From: Octopus sinensis
Taxonomy: Eukaryota
Direction of reading: 5' to 3'
Length of the DNA: 64,000 nucleotides
Assembly: GCF_006345805.1 (NCBI RefSeq)
Contig: NC_043009.1
Span: 37,758,001 to 37,822,000 of the forward strand
Below the pieces are notes generated by a model that did no database searches, had not been told where the DNA came from, and saw only the letters and a list, made by a program, of their open reading frames with translations. A program made the translations under genes and the position numbers. The stretch's first letter is position 1. Every line of letters begins with the position of its first letter. Of the stretch, positions 51,058 through 64,000 are shown in pieces.

Positions 51058-52033
51058 CTATAAAGATAACACGAATGAAATTAATTAAATAAGATCTACT
51101 TTTAAAATATGATGTAAAGATGTAATTATGTTAGATGCAATTTTACCCCATGACAATGATCTTTTTTATTATATATCAAGCAACTAGGTTGTATTGACAG
51201 GAATCATTTTGGCTGAGATCAGCAATTAGCATATGACTAAGGTTTGGTGTATACTTACATCAACCATTTTAACCAATTTACAGTGGTGGTTCATTTGGTT
51301 GCCAGCACATAACAACGGTAATTGTGCCAACTGAGGTCAGTACTCAGTGTGAGATAACATTTGGCGTATATTTACGCCAACCATTTTAAAAGGGTTAAAT
51401 TGGAACAAATATTTTGATATATATGCCATTTTAAGAAGTTCATTTCACAATGACTCAGTTTCACATTCAGTCCCACTCTGCAGCACCATGGGCAAGTATC
51501 TTCACAATAATCTCAGGCAAACCTAAACCTTGTGAGTGGAGTTGGTGGATGGAAACTGAAAGAAGCCTCTCTGTGTGTTTGTGTATACCCTGACCTAGAC
51601 ATCACCTGATGGTTGTAAATGAGCATCACTGGCATAAAATATTACAAAGCTTGGGAACAGGTGAGGTTTGGTGGCAGGAAGGGATCTGCTCATAGAAAAC
51701 TTGCCTTCAACAAATTCCATTTGGCCTATGCAAGCATGGAAAAGCGGATGTCAAATGATGATAATGATGATTTCTTTTAATCAATCTATATTAATTAAAT
51801 ATCACATTAGCTCTCTTAAAACCCAGCATTCATTACATCCTAACTATAGCTCACTCTTAAATCGAGTTTTCCTTAACTCTATAGTACAAATCACTTTCAC
51901 AACTCTTCTACGACAATGTTCCTTCCTCATCAAAAATTTTTGAAATATTGAAAAAAAAAAAAAAAAATTCCATTTTGGATGCTCATTTAGACCATTTGTT
52001 ACCTTTGAGTAAAGAATAAATGTAAAATCATAC

Positions 52034-52125
52034 CATCCGATTTCTTCACATAGAAATAGTTGGTTCCGTTGCCTTCCACAACAATATATTCCACCTGAGC
52101 ATTCATTCCATAATCTTTGTCATCT
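52034..52125 (-). CDS. FAT4: Fat4 small exon (cadherin)
   Basis: cttttcag|A GAT...GAT G|gtatga, 92 nt, phase 2/1; (R)DDKDYGMNAQVEY..GNGTNYF. Confidence 0.92.
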
Positions 52126-53353
52126 CTGAAAAGAGTTTAATATTATAAATGTAGTAGACACTTTTCTGTTAGCCAGGAGGTGACATACTGAAGACTTGTT
52201 ATTAATTAGGTACATTTAAAACGATTTCTGTTAAGATTCTGTAACTTAGAAATTAGGTTGAGATCATTCAGTTAGGGCTCATAACTATAAAAGTACATGA
52301 TGTAAATCGTTGCCAGGAACTTCCACAAGAGCACAAGTGTACCAGAATATTGAACCACCAGAATCATTTAGTCCACCGGAATCATTTAGTCTTTTAATTT
52401 GCAATGCATTTCAAATAGTTAATAATACATGAGGTCAATAAATTTTGGAAATAAAGAAGAATTTAATGAAATCATTCGTTGTTGTTTATTTTTTATCAAT
52501 TTTAAACTGAATGATTGATTGGAGATCTTGAAGGTATGCCTCTATAAGTCACCAACGAATTATTATCATTCAAGCATAGAATTCCTGACACAAAGATAGC
52601 AGATTGGACATTTAATGTGGATCACTACAGAAGTGACTATTATTTAATTAGTGTTGTAGCCATGAGCATTTAGGATTCATTATTGGTTAATTATATATAT
52701 TCATTATATAATGTAAACATGGCTCTGGTTGGCTCACCAAATTCAGCAGACTGGATATGGTCTAATTAAGGAGAACATATCACAGAATGCTGCTGGAAGG
52801 TGGAAGACAAAGCCAGTCATAAAACGTGGATGACAAAAATGTGGAAAGCAGCCTGTAGGACTTGAACCATGCATTTTACAGTTGATCAAATTTAGTGCAC
52901 TGAATATGGTCTAATTTTGACAATGAATTACAGTATGCTACTGGAAAGTGAAAGGCATACCATGTGGAATTAGAGGTTAACACTTTCTAATATCAGCCTG
53001 ATTGAGATAGCCTCTTGTTTTATGATACAAAACATGTTGTTTTATCTTCTATTATGATCATATGTAAGAAACAAATGTTTCTTACATTTGATATAATACT
53101 GATTAATTATATAAAAAAAGAAGCTTCTTATTTTGATTATATTCCAAAGTTATAATTTCTTAAATCCACTGAAACATGTTGGTAGTTTACATTTATAACA
53201 CAAATACAGAGATATAGGGAAATAAAAATAAAAGTTTTTTTAATTTGCAATGCATTTCAAATAGTTAATAATACATGGGGGTCAATGGATTTTGGAAATA
53301 ATGACGAATTTAATGAAATCATTCGTTGTCGTTTATTTTTTTATCAATTTTAA

Positions 53354-53576
53354 CCCTTTTGTTACCCTGTTTCTGTTGAGATGCTCTGTGTTTCTTTCAA
53401 TTAATTTTAAATATAACTAAGAATTTAGTAAAAAAAAATTGGTTATCATTAAGCTAGTGTTAGGAACATAAATTGTAACTAAGATTTGGTGAAAGAATTT
53501 AATTCAAAACTTAAGAAAACAAGACATATGTACTACAGAGCCAGAGGTGGTTTCGGCCGGGTTGGTATTGAAAGGG
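53354..53576. mobile_element. piggyBac-type MITE
   Basis: TTAA|CCCTTTTGTTACC ... GGTATTGAAAGGG|TTAA. Confidence 0.75.
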
Positions 53577-53639
53577 TTAAACTGGTCTTTGGAAAATGAA
53601 TAAATATGAAATTTTGACATAAGGCTTTAATTTAGATTA

Positions 53640-53982
53640 CTGGCATTTGTGCCGGTGGCATGTGAAAAAACATTCGAGTGAGATCGTTGCCAGAGCGCTG
53701 GACTGGCTCTTGTGTAGGTGGCATGTAAAAATACCATTTGAGTGTGGCTGTTACCAGTACCACCTGACTGGCCCTTGTGCCAGTGGAACGTAAAAGCACC
53801 CACTACACTCTTGTAAAAGCACCCACTACACTTTTGGAGTGGTTGGTGTTAGGAAGGGCATCCAGCTGTAGAAACTCTGCCAGATCAGACTGGAGCCTGG
53901 TGCAAGCATCTGGTTTGCCAGTCCTCAGTCAAATCGTCCAACCCATGCTAGCATGGAAAGCAGATGTTAAATGATGATGATT
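53640..53982 (+). mobile_element. SINE family B
   Basis: Family core plus (GAT)n tail. Confidence 0.8.
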
Positions 53983-54186
53983 TCTGTTGGAAAACACCGT
54001 CTTTGCTTCCATCAGTTTGGGAAAAAATGAAGAATTTCAAGAAATATCTTTTTCATTATTAAACTGATGTTTGGAGCATTAATTAATATGAAATTTTCGT
54101 GGGCGGTTTTAATTTTGACCACTTTAAAATGGGAAATTCATATCATGGAACCAAGTGGTCTCAGGTGGGTTGGTATCAAAAGAACA

Positions 54187-54421
54187 AAGGCGGTGAGCTG
54201 GCAGAAACATTAGCGCGTCGGGCGAAATGCTTAGCGGTATTTTGTCTGCCGTTACGTTGTGAGTTCAAATTCCGCCAAGGTTGACTTTGCCTTTCATCCT
54301 TTCGGGGTCAATAAATTAAGTACCAGTTACACACTGGGGTCGATGTAATCGTCTTAATACCTATGTCTGTCCTTGTTTGTCCCCTCTATGTTTAGCCCCT
54401 TGTGGGTAATAAAGAAATAGG
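54187..54421 (+). mobile_element. SINE family D
   Basis: Full head-to-tail match to 27080-27312. Confidence 0.85.
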
Positions 54422-54485
54422 TATCAAAAGAATTAAACATGTTAGTTGCATGGAGAGAAAGTTAATGAAACGAAAAGTGCATTAC

Positions 54486-55258
54486 CTTGCAACCACCTTG
54501 ATGATTGGATCACCTACTGTCAAATTGTATGGAACAGCAGAGAAATAGTAAGTTTTTTCAAACTGTGGTGGATTATCGTTGTCGTCAATTACATTGATGA
54601 CGACTAGACTTTCAGAAGAACGTGATGGGACACCGAGGTCAGTGGCTACAACTGTTAATTCATGGTGATTATAAAGACTGGTGTTATCATAATGCAGCTG
54701 TTGAATTGTGAATATTTCACCAGTTTTATCGGTGATATTAAACAATGACGATGGCATTTTTAGCGAATAATAAAATATATTATTTGGTGAAGTTCTGTCG
54801 TGGTCCTTCGCTACAACTTTACCCACATGTATCGGAGGAACTTGTAGTTCGGATATTTCAAACATAAACTTTGGCATTGTGAACCGAGGTTGGTTGTCAT
54901 TGATATCCGTGACTTTTATGGTGACGTAAGTACTCGTTTCGTGAGAGCTGGCTCGAGCTGCCACTTTCAATTTGTGATACTCCTTCTTCTCAACATCCAA
55001 AGATGCTCTCACAGATATGTTGCCACTGAGAGGATCTAAAGAGAATTTGTTACCAGAATTTTCTAAAAGTGCATAAGTAACTTCTGCATTTTCACCAACA
55101 TCTTGGTCTTCAGTGGACAGTTGCAAAATAAAAGAACCAATTTCGGCATTCTCGGGGATGCTGGCTGTAAACAGACGTGTGAATCGGGGTGGGTTATCAT
55201 CAACATCAAGAATAGAAATATCAACGGTTGTAGTTCCAGTTTTTCTATTAGAGGCACT
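54486..55258 (-). CDS. FAT4: Fat4 exon (cadherin repeats)
   Basis: ttctgcag|AGT...GCA AG|gtaat, 773 nt, phase 0/2; DVDDNPP, DINDNQP, DDNDNPP. Confidence 0.95.
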
Positions 55259-55626
55259 CTGCAGAAAAAGAAAAAAATTATTAATCAAATTATTAGGAAA
55301 TAAACTGAAAGATAGAATGACATAAATTACTGATTTTACTTTTTAAAATTTTTTTAAAGAATTTGAAAACAATTGCTAAAATGTTGCAGATATTCTGTGT
55401 GGTTTAGAAGTTCACTTCACAATCATATGATTTTGGGTTCAGTCCCACTGTGTAGTACTTTGGGAAAGTATCTTCTACAATAGCCCTGCACTGATCCATG
55501 CCAAGCGAGCGTTTTTTTATTCATATCATAGTGATTCCACAAAAAAACAAACAACAAAAAAAACAAACAACAAAAAAAACAAACAGATGAAATAAGTACC
55601 AGACTTAAAAAAAAGTACTGAGAACA

Positions 55627-55880
55627 ATCATCATCATCATCATCGTTTAGCGTCTGCTTTCCATGCTGGCATGGGTTGGACGGTTCAACTGGGGTCTGGG
55701 AAGCCAGAAGGCTGCACCAGGCCCAGTCTGATCTGGCAATGTTTCTACGGCTGGATGCCCTTCCTAATGCCAACCACACCGTGAGTGTAGTGGGCGCTTT
55801 TTACGTGCCAGACGAGGCTGGCAAACGGCCAGGATCGGATGGTGCTTTTTATGTGCCACTGGCACAGGGGCCAGGCAAAT
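55627..55880 (-). mobile_element. SINE family B
   Basis: Reverse complement of the family core. Confidence 0.8.
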
Positions 55881-56825
55881 ATTTTCGACTAAACCCTACA
55901 AGTCGGTGCTCCAGCATGGCTATAGTCTAATGGCTGAAACAAATAACAGAAGTAAAAGTAATTATATCTCAATACAACAAAAGTATGATCTTGTTTCAGA
56001 TATTCTTATATGTTTTTATCTTTCGTTTTATTCATTAGACTGTTGCCATGCTGGGGCTCTGCCTTCGAGAATGTTAGTCAAATGAATCAACACCAGCACG
56101 TAACTTTTTTTTTTTTATAAGTACTGGTACTTATTCTATCGGTCTCTTTTGCTGAGCTGTTAAGTTACAGAGCCTAAACACACCACCATAGGTTGCCAAG
56201 CAGTGGTGGAGGACAAACGCACACACATGATGGGTTTCTTTCTGTTTCTGTCTACCAAATCCACTCACAAAGCTTTTGGTTGGCCTGCGGCTTATAGTAG
56301 AAGACACTTGCCCAAAGTGCCATGCAGTGGGACTGAACCCAGTATCGGTCTGACAAGTTCAACTTGCATGCTGGAAAATACGGTAATAGATTCAACAAAA
56401 CTAGATCTATGGACTACTGATAACATATACCAGTACAATTAGTAGAAAATGAGATCCAACTATATTTTGCAAAATCACAAGAGCAAAATATTTTCCAATT
56501 CCCAGCAATTTATGCTTGGATATATTTACCACAGTTTAGCTTGGAATGTAGGAAGTAGTTTGACAAAAACAATACGAAATGTTAAAGTTCACAATAAACT
56601 TATGGCAACAGCTCAAATATCAGAAAAGTTGTTTCCCCTGTCAGTGGCTTTTCTCTTATTTACTGTGAAACATTCCCAGTGGGAATCGGAAATGTCTAAT
56701 AATTTCTTTCCAATACTAAATAGATCTACTACTACTACAAGTAGTAGTAGTACATGGCAATGTTAACCAAATGCATAAATTGAAAGTAACAAGAAAGCGT
56801 TATGTACACGAGTTAAAGGCAGCAA

Positions 56826-57210
56826 TGGAGAATAATAATTGCAAGATTTTATGGAATTTACCCATAAAAACTGACCATACTATTAAAACAAGGCGACCTG
56901 ATATAATTACACAGGACAAAAATATACCAAACGATATAAGATTATAGATTTACGTTAAACCATACGGCAAGAGTAGATACCAAAGAAACTGAGGAAAATA
57001 GAGAAGTATCCAAGATGTAGCTAGAGAGATGAAGAGAATGTAGAAAATGAAAATGACAAGAATTCCTGTGGTAACTAGTGCACTTGAAACAACAGCCAAA
57101 TTGCTATCTAAGAGCTGACTGATGCTGGAATCGAGTCATGCATAGTCAACCTGCAAGAAAGAGCCAACCTGTATTCTGCAAGAATTTTTAGAAAGATTCT
57201 TGAGATTTGA
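56826..57210 (+). mobile_element. degenerate R4/Dong-like non-LTR element, restriction-like endonuclease end
   Basis: KILWNLPIKTDHTIKTRRPDII...QDVAREMKRM...IPVVTSAL, with stops; PD-(D/E)xK RLE-type pattern. Confidence 0.7.
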
Positions 57211-58297
57211 AGAGACTTGTCACCAAACTTCAAGTCACTAGTCCTGTTAACTAAAGTAAGATGTAATTGATGGACTCTCCTATTGAAGATGACATATGAG
57301 CAAACAGGTATTGCCGAATGACTTGCCTAAATGATTTGTTTATAGTGATCAAATGTTTGTGATGCACTCTCAATAATCAAACCAATGTTGTCTGAACAAG
57401 GGCACGGTGTACCACACATCAGGTGTTGAAGTGATTGCAGAGCAATGTGAGATGAAATGTTTTGCTCAAGTTCATAACACATCGCCCAGTCTAAGAATTG
57501 AAACCACGATCTTGCAAATTATGAGTGCAACACCCTAACCACTAGGCCATAATTAAGAATAACCCTTTCTACTATAGGCACAAGACCTGAAATGCTGGAG
57601 GAAGGAGGTTAACCAATTACATCAACCCCAGTACTTAAGTGGTGTGTGTGTGTATATATACGATGGGCTTCTTTCAGTTTCTGTCTATCAGATTCACCCA
57701 CAGGGCTTTGGTTAGCCCAAGGCTATAGTAGAAGACACTTACCCAGGGTGCCACACAGTGGGACTGACCTAGAACCATGCAGTTGGAAAGCAAGCTTCTT
57801 ATCTCTCTCTCACACACACACACACACAGAGTGGGATTTCTATATATGAACATAATCTGTTCCAGAGCCTTGTTCATTAACCAAATTGTATCTCACATGA
57901 TTAATTGAAATGCATATAAATAGGATTAATCTGTTCCAAGCCACACCCAGACTCCACATAAAAAGCATGAAATAATGTTTTATTTGCCCACCCATAAATA
58001 TGTATGTGTGTGTCTTGTCTTGCTTCTGTTCATCCCCCAAAATATGAGAAATATTAATATTTTTCTATATAAAATACGAAAATTTGCAAGTTGCATGAAA
58101 TGTGAACATAAACAAACTGTCTGTACACGCTCTCCCAGCCACTTATATGCATGAATTGTTCACGTGGTTTGTTATTCAAATTTTAGATCGTTATGAGTTT
58201 AATTTTCTTTAGAAAATACATTGGTTATTCAATTAGTTCATTTAAAGAACCTTTCATATATGGGTATCCTACAGTGTGTGTGTATTATATACACATA

Positions 58298-58509
58298 CAG
58301 GGAGGCCCAAAAGTAGTTTTACAGTTATCACGTAGGCACTTTAAATTTCTTTTAAATCATTTTATTACATTTAAATTTCTATCTTACAATTAACTAAATT
58401 AGCATAGAATAATGGTTTCATATTTTTTTATAATTAAGATCTAAACTGTTAATATATGAATGCAAAAGAGATAGTTGAATAACTGTAAACCTACTTTTGG
58501 GCCACCCTG
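58298..58509. mobile_element. Tc1-type MITE
   Basis: TA|CAGGGAGGCCCAAAAGTAGTTTTACAGTTAT ... ATAACTGTAAACCTACTTTTGGGCCACCCTG|TA. Confidence 0.85.
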
Positions 58510-58548
58510 TATAATGTATACACACATAAATATATATATACAACATCC

Positions 58549-58632
<84 letters not shown>

Positions 58633-60067
58633 GCTGAGCAACCACCTTGAAGGTATCATGCAGTGGAGTTGAACCTGAAGCCATGTGATTCAGAAGCAAA
58701 CATCTTAATGACACAGCCAAGATCATATATAATCATTATTATAGATAGATGCCAATGACAGTCAAGAGAGAAAATAGTTAGAAAGTTTAAGATATTGTTT
58801 TACTGATAATATGATCAGACTTTATTTAGCTGCAATCTTCAACAAGGTGCGTAACTCTGCTTGTACTAATCTGGTAGAAAATAGATTTTAATTTTTTTTC
58901 AAAACCTAGATTATTATTATTATTATTTTGTAAAATTATTAAACTGGCGAGCTAGCAGAATTTTGTGCTGGACAAAATGCTTAGCAGCATTGCCTCCAGC
59001 TCTTTGCATTCTGAGTTCAAATCCTGACATAGCCAACTTTGCCTTTCATCCTTTTGTGGGTTGAGAAAATAGTACTAGCTGATTGCTAGCCTTGTGTCAA
59101 AATGTGAAACCATTATTTTATTATTATTATTATTATTATCATTATTATTATTATTAAGGTGGCGAGCTGGCAGAATCGTTAGCATGCAGGGCAAAATGCT
59201 TAGTGGTATTTCGTCTACAGTTACATTCTGAGTTCAAATTCCACCAAGGTCAACTTTGCCTTTCATCTTTTCGGGGTCAATAAAATTAGTACTAGTTATG
59301 CACTGGAGTCGATGCAATTGACTTAATCCCTTCCTCCAAACTTCAAGCCTTGAGCCTATAACAGAAAATATTATTATTATTATTATTATTAGGTATAGCA
59401 TGCTGGGCAAAATGCTTGGCGGCATCTTGTCTGTCTTTATGTTCTGAGCTCAAATTCTACTGAGGATGTCTTTGCCTTTCATCCTTTTGGGGTCGACAAA
59501 ATAGTCACCAGTAGAATATTGAGGTTGATGAAATCAACTTGCTCTGCTTCTGAAATTGTTGGCCTTCTGCCAAAATTTGAAACCATAATAATAATAATAA
59601 TAATAAAGAGTATCTTGTTCTAAAAATAATGTGCAAATGTTCAAGGTCCATCTTACTTAAAAAATAAAAAATGATAGATGTGAATTAGAAATTAATCCAA
59701 GGCATTTTTTAAAATTTTAATTTTTTTCTGAATTTCTTGTCATCAACATCTTATAATCTATTTACTCGTTTGCTACTTTTAGACACTGGACTGCAACCAT
59801 GCTGAGTAACCACCTTGAAGGCCTTCAGCCCATTAAATAACCCTTGTACTTACTCTATTAGTTTCATTTTGCTGAAAAGTTATGGTGTATGTAAACACAC
59901 ACATACACAATATGCTTCCATGCAGTTTCTGTTTACTGAATTCCTCATGTAAGGCATTGGTTGGCCCAGGGCTATAGTAGATGATAATTACCTAAAGTGT
60001 CACAAAGTGGGTCTGAACTACAAAATCCAAGACTCAGGTGTTGTGAAGCAAGCTTTTTAATCACATG

Positions 60068-60410
60068 GCTATCATCATCATCGTTTAACGTCCGTTTTCC
60101 ATGCTAGCATGGGTTGGACAGTTTGACTGGGGTCTGGGAAGCCAGGAGGCTGCACCAGGTTCCAGTCTGATCTGGCAGTGTTTCTGCAGCTGGATGCCCT
60201 TCCTAACGCCAACCACTCCGTGAGTGTAGTGGGTGCTTTTTATGTGCCACCAGAACAGGGGCCAGAGGAGGCTGGCAATGGCCACGATCGGTTGGTGCTT
60301 TTTACGTGCACTGGCATGGGTATCACAACTACCATTTCCATTTGATTTTTATTTTGATGTTGATGTACTTGACTCAATAGGTCTCCTCAAGCACAGCAGG
60401 TCACCCTAAT
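60068..60410 (-). mobile_element. SINE family B
   Basis: Near-collinear with 24805-25205. Confidence 0.8.
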
Positions 60411-60855
60411 TTGAATATGCACACAGCATATTGTTGAGTGCTAAATATTAGTTAATACTAGTTCTTCTATGTTGAAAATTGCTGGGTAAGAAAGGCATCC
60501 AGCTGTAGAAATCACCCAAAAGTAAACATTGATGTATGACGCAGTCCTCCAACTTGTCAAACCTTGTTAAACCCTCCAACCCATGCCAGCATGGAAGCTG
60601 GATGTTAAATGAAATGGGCTAACTTAATTGTTTCTCTTCTTTCACAGCAATTCTGAAAGGTTCTTAAAACCCTAATACAAATTAATCATACTTTGATATT
60701 TATAGTTTATAAGTAAGGTTTTTGGAGGTGTATTTAGCATTTAGTGACCAATATGATTTAGTTTCAGAAAAAAAAAAGGGATCCTTTAAAAGAAATGAAG
60801 ATAATTGTTATCACAAATCTGAGTCTGAGAATTAGTAAAATTCTTAAATACTTAC

Positions 60856-61476
60856 TTGGTCAACAGCTTTGATGGCAAGCTGGTAAAAGTCAATTTTTTC
60901 TCGATCAATTTGGTTCTTTGTAGAAATGCAGCCTGAAGATTTTATTTGGAAAGCATCCTTAGAATTTCCATTTGTGATTTTATAGGTAACCTTACCATTT
61001 TTACCAGAATCAGCATCCTTTGCAGACACACATACGACTGTTTTACCTATTTGATTTGTTTCTTCGAATGAAGTGTAATAATGCATTTGATCAAAGTAGG
61101 GTGCATTATCATTAATGTCAGCAATGAAAATACGCAATTCCTTATACGAAGTGAGAGGGTCGCTGCTAGTATCAGAAGTTCCAATCCACAAACTGTAATA
61201 ACTGGTTTCTTCAAAGTCCAATTGGTTGGCAATGATGAGGTCATTACGCTTAGGATCAATGCCGAAGGCATTGTTGATGTTTCCACCTGCAATGAAGTAT
61301 TTCAGAGGAACCGCCTTCGGAGAAACACCAGACAAACGGGTTACTGTGGTGTTTAAAGAAGAATTTTCTTCAAGCTTGAATTCAGTTTTGGCAAGTGTGA
61401 ATCGAGGTCGACGGGTTTTATTCTTTTGTAGAAGATGAATCATTACTTTAGCTTTTGAGAAAAACGGGTTTTGGCT
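60856..61476 (-). CDS. FAT4: Fat4 exon (cadherin repeats)
   Basis: ccacag|AGC...GAC CAA|gtaagt, 621 nt, phase 0/0; LDFEE, DINDNAP, DADSGKNG, IDREK. Confidence 0.95.
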
Positions 61477-62569
61477 CTGTGGAAGAAACAATAAAAAAGA
61501 AAAGATTTGAGAATTCAATAACATGAAAGCACTTTACATTATTTACATCTGCAATGAATGTTTTTATGCATTAGGATCATTGGTCCTTATTCAGAGTGTA
61601 TATATGGGAGTGACAGTATGTGGCATAGTGGTTAGGCTGTTGCACTCATGATTGCTAGATCATGGGTTCAATTCTCTGACTGGGCAGTGCATTGTGTTTT
61701 TGAGCAAAACACTTCATTTCACGTAGTGGGGAATGTTGGGCCTGCTTGCCTAGCCAGCAGGGTGGCATCATTTGAAGGCTAATGCAATGCAAGAAATGCA
61801 TTGTGACCAACATCAGGCAACCTGGTTGGTCACATGATATGGGAGGGTCAAACCAACCAGCTCATGCCAGCAGGGAGAAAAGGACATTTGATGCTTGCGT
61901 GGATCAGACAGGAATTGAAAAGGCTGGATACTGTTCCTATCAGCAACCCTCACCTGTTTCTAAGCAAGCTAGTATTTCCCAATAGCTGGACATTTCTTTA
62001 TGTTTTCATAAAAGACTGGAAATAAAGAATGCTGCTTGCACTACAGTGATGCATGTTTATAACCAATGCATGATGAAAAGAACATACACACCATATCCGG
62101 TAAGTTCATCATCATCATCAATTCACAGCAGGGAAAGTTCACCATCACAATTCACCATATTTTTTAAATAAAATAGTTTTTAACTATAAATGGTGAGATA
62201 CTATGGATATATTTTCTCGGTAAACTTTTTTCACAGTGAATTGATGGTTGTCAACTTACCTGTAATACACATTTACAAGATGAGCTTCTTTCACTTTCTG
62301 CTACCAAATCCATTTAAAAAGGCTTTAGTTGGCTTAAGGCTGGCTACAGTAGAAGACACTAGCTCAAGGTGCTATGCAGGGTTACTAAGCCCAAAACCAT
62401 GTTGTTGGGAAGAAAACTTTATAAGCTCACAGCCATGCCTATACTATATTAAAGATTTGGTCACAACCAAAAATTTGATGTAACTCTAAATCGCCATTAT
62501 CATAGAGTTGCAGAATTGTAATATGGTATAATGGGTTAAAAGAAATCCATTATTTTTCAATGGGAAACA

Positions 62570-62910
62570 GTCCAAGACCATCTTCGGTCACTACACTGAC
62601 CATGGGATTGCACCTAGGACGTTACTCTCCCAAGCACAAGTCCGGGCAAGGTTATTTATGGAAGACCAGCAGTTGTGACCATGCATACCAGCCTCCCTTC
62701 TCCACACTACTGATGTTGTCCAAAGGAAAGGCAAAGGCTGATACAGTTGGCACCAGTGATGTCACAACTCATTTCTTACAGATGAATGAACTGGAGCAAT
62801 GTGAAATAAAGTGTCTTACTCAAGAACACAACACACAACCCGGTTCAGGAATTGAACTCACAACCTCATGATCGTAAGCCTGATGCTCTAACCACTGAAT
62901 CATGTGCCTT
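62570..62910 (-). mobile_element. SINE family E
   Basis: Similar to 38228-38545. Confidence 0.75.
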
Positions 62911-63322
62911 CCCTTCAATTATAATTACAATTAGTGGAATATATCAGTGTGACATAGTCTCCGACCTGTGTAGGGTAGCAATAAAGCTAAATAACTAACT
63001 TTGAGCTTTATGACTGGTCCAAACCATACCAACATTGAAACTGGGCATAAAATCATAGAGGAAATTATGTGGAAGCCTACTGAGAGGACTATTCCCATTC
63101 TATGGCAGGAAACTTTATCAGTCACCTAGCTTAATACCCACCACCTGGTCTCTCGGGTGCTTTGAGCAAGTACCTAGGCCAAATTTTCAGTCTTGTTTTA
63201 ATTTCTTTCTTTTCTTATATTACTTTTGGAGGATTTAATTAGATAATTAAATAAGAAGTAAACGAGTAAATAAATAAATAAATATAATTTATGAAATGTT
63301 ATTCAAAAAATCTTGAAATTAC

Positions 63323-63513
63323 CTGATCTGATGCTGTAACGTAGATGGTGAATTGCCGACCAAGTCCCAGATATAAGTTTTGGTTTGACTTAACAACACC
63401 TGTCGTAGAATTTATCTTAAACTTATTTCCATCACGTCCAGAAAGAGCATAGCTTATCTTTCCATTAAGACCAATATCAAAATCAACAGCTGTTATTCCA
63501 AATACAAATTCAC
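63323..63513 (-). CDS. FAT4: Fat4 exon (cadherin); the gene continues beyond the window
   Basis: ttttcag|GT GAA...GAT CAG|gtaatt, 191 nt, phase 1/0; AVDFDIGLNGKISY..FKINSTTGVV..VTASDQ. Confidence 0.92.
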
Positions 63514-64000
63514 CTGAAAAAGGAAAAAAAAAAAAACATATATAAGAAACATAAGAAACATACCGAAGAAAAATTTAACAAATTTTTTTAATGATATCAA
63601 AAGATAAAAGTAAAATTTTCTCCAAAACTTGGATTAGCCACTGCAGTTTTGCAGTGGCTCATCAGAATTTGTTGTTAATCTCTCTAATCCAAATGATATT
63701 TTTTTAATAAAGGTGATTACAAATTTGAAGCTAAATAATAAAATTATAAATATGAATCATCAAAGGTATAAAAGTTCTTTAAATAGTAACAGTACAAAAA
63801 TACAAAATACATAAATAAATCTAATAAGATAGTTAAAGTGTTTCTTCATATCTAAAACATTTGTAGAAATTAGTAATGATTGATGAAAAGGAAAATTTGT
63901 TTGTTTTTAAAAGACTACTCCTGCAGAAGCTAGCTGTAATTTCAGGTGCATAATTAAGTCCTGTTAAGCTTTTGGTGTGAACAAACCAAACTTATCATTT

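Noticed and set aside
53062-53087. 12-bp perfect hairpin
   Set aside because: Short, AT-rich and probably part of a repeat; no further support
1-64000. CRISPR arrays, rRNA, operons or other prokaryotic systems
   Set aside because: None seen; the sequence is clearly spliceosomal animal DNA, and the 22-kb array has no unique spacers

Overview
AT-rich, intron- and repeat-rich animal DNA, most likely an Octopus genome (inferred from the tRNA-derived SINE families, the RTE/CR1/mariner relics and the long TA/CA microsatellites). It holds two convergent genes. (1) On +, a GM2 ganglioside activator (ML-domain) gene: three phase-consistent coding exons at 5226-5396, 8474-8644 and 9918-10055. The signal-peptide exon was not found and is probably upstream of the window; a non-coding last exon is likely at about 11403-11520. 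(2) On -, the 3' half of a Fat4/ft-type giant cadherin: 12 exons from 63513 down to the stop at 35557, about 2450 codons, encoding about 11-12 cadherin repeats, EGF repeats, two laminin-G domains, a TM segment and a cytoplasmic tail ending in EEYV. All splice phases join correctly except for a 1-nt shortfall at about 50230. Everything else is mostly SINEs, LINE fragments (RTE, CR1, R4/Dong-like), mariner relics and MITEs (piggyBac-, Kolobok-, Tc1- and hAT-like). The most unusual signals are minimal type-I hammerhead ribozyme motifs in Fat4 introns: a 143-nt foldback carrying one hammerhead on each strand (44970-45112) and a separate copy at 49282-49345. Gene structures were derived by hand; repeat boundaries are approximate and SINE family letters A-E are my own labels.
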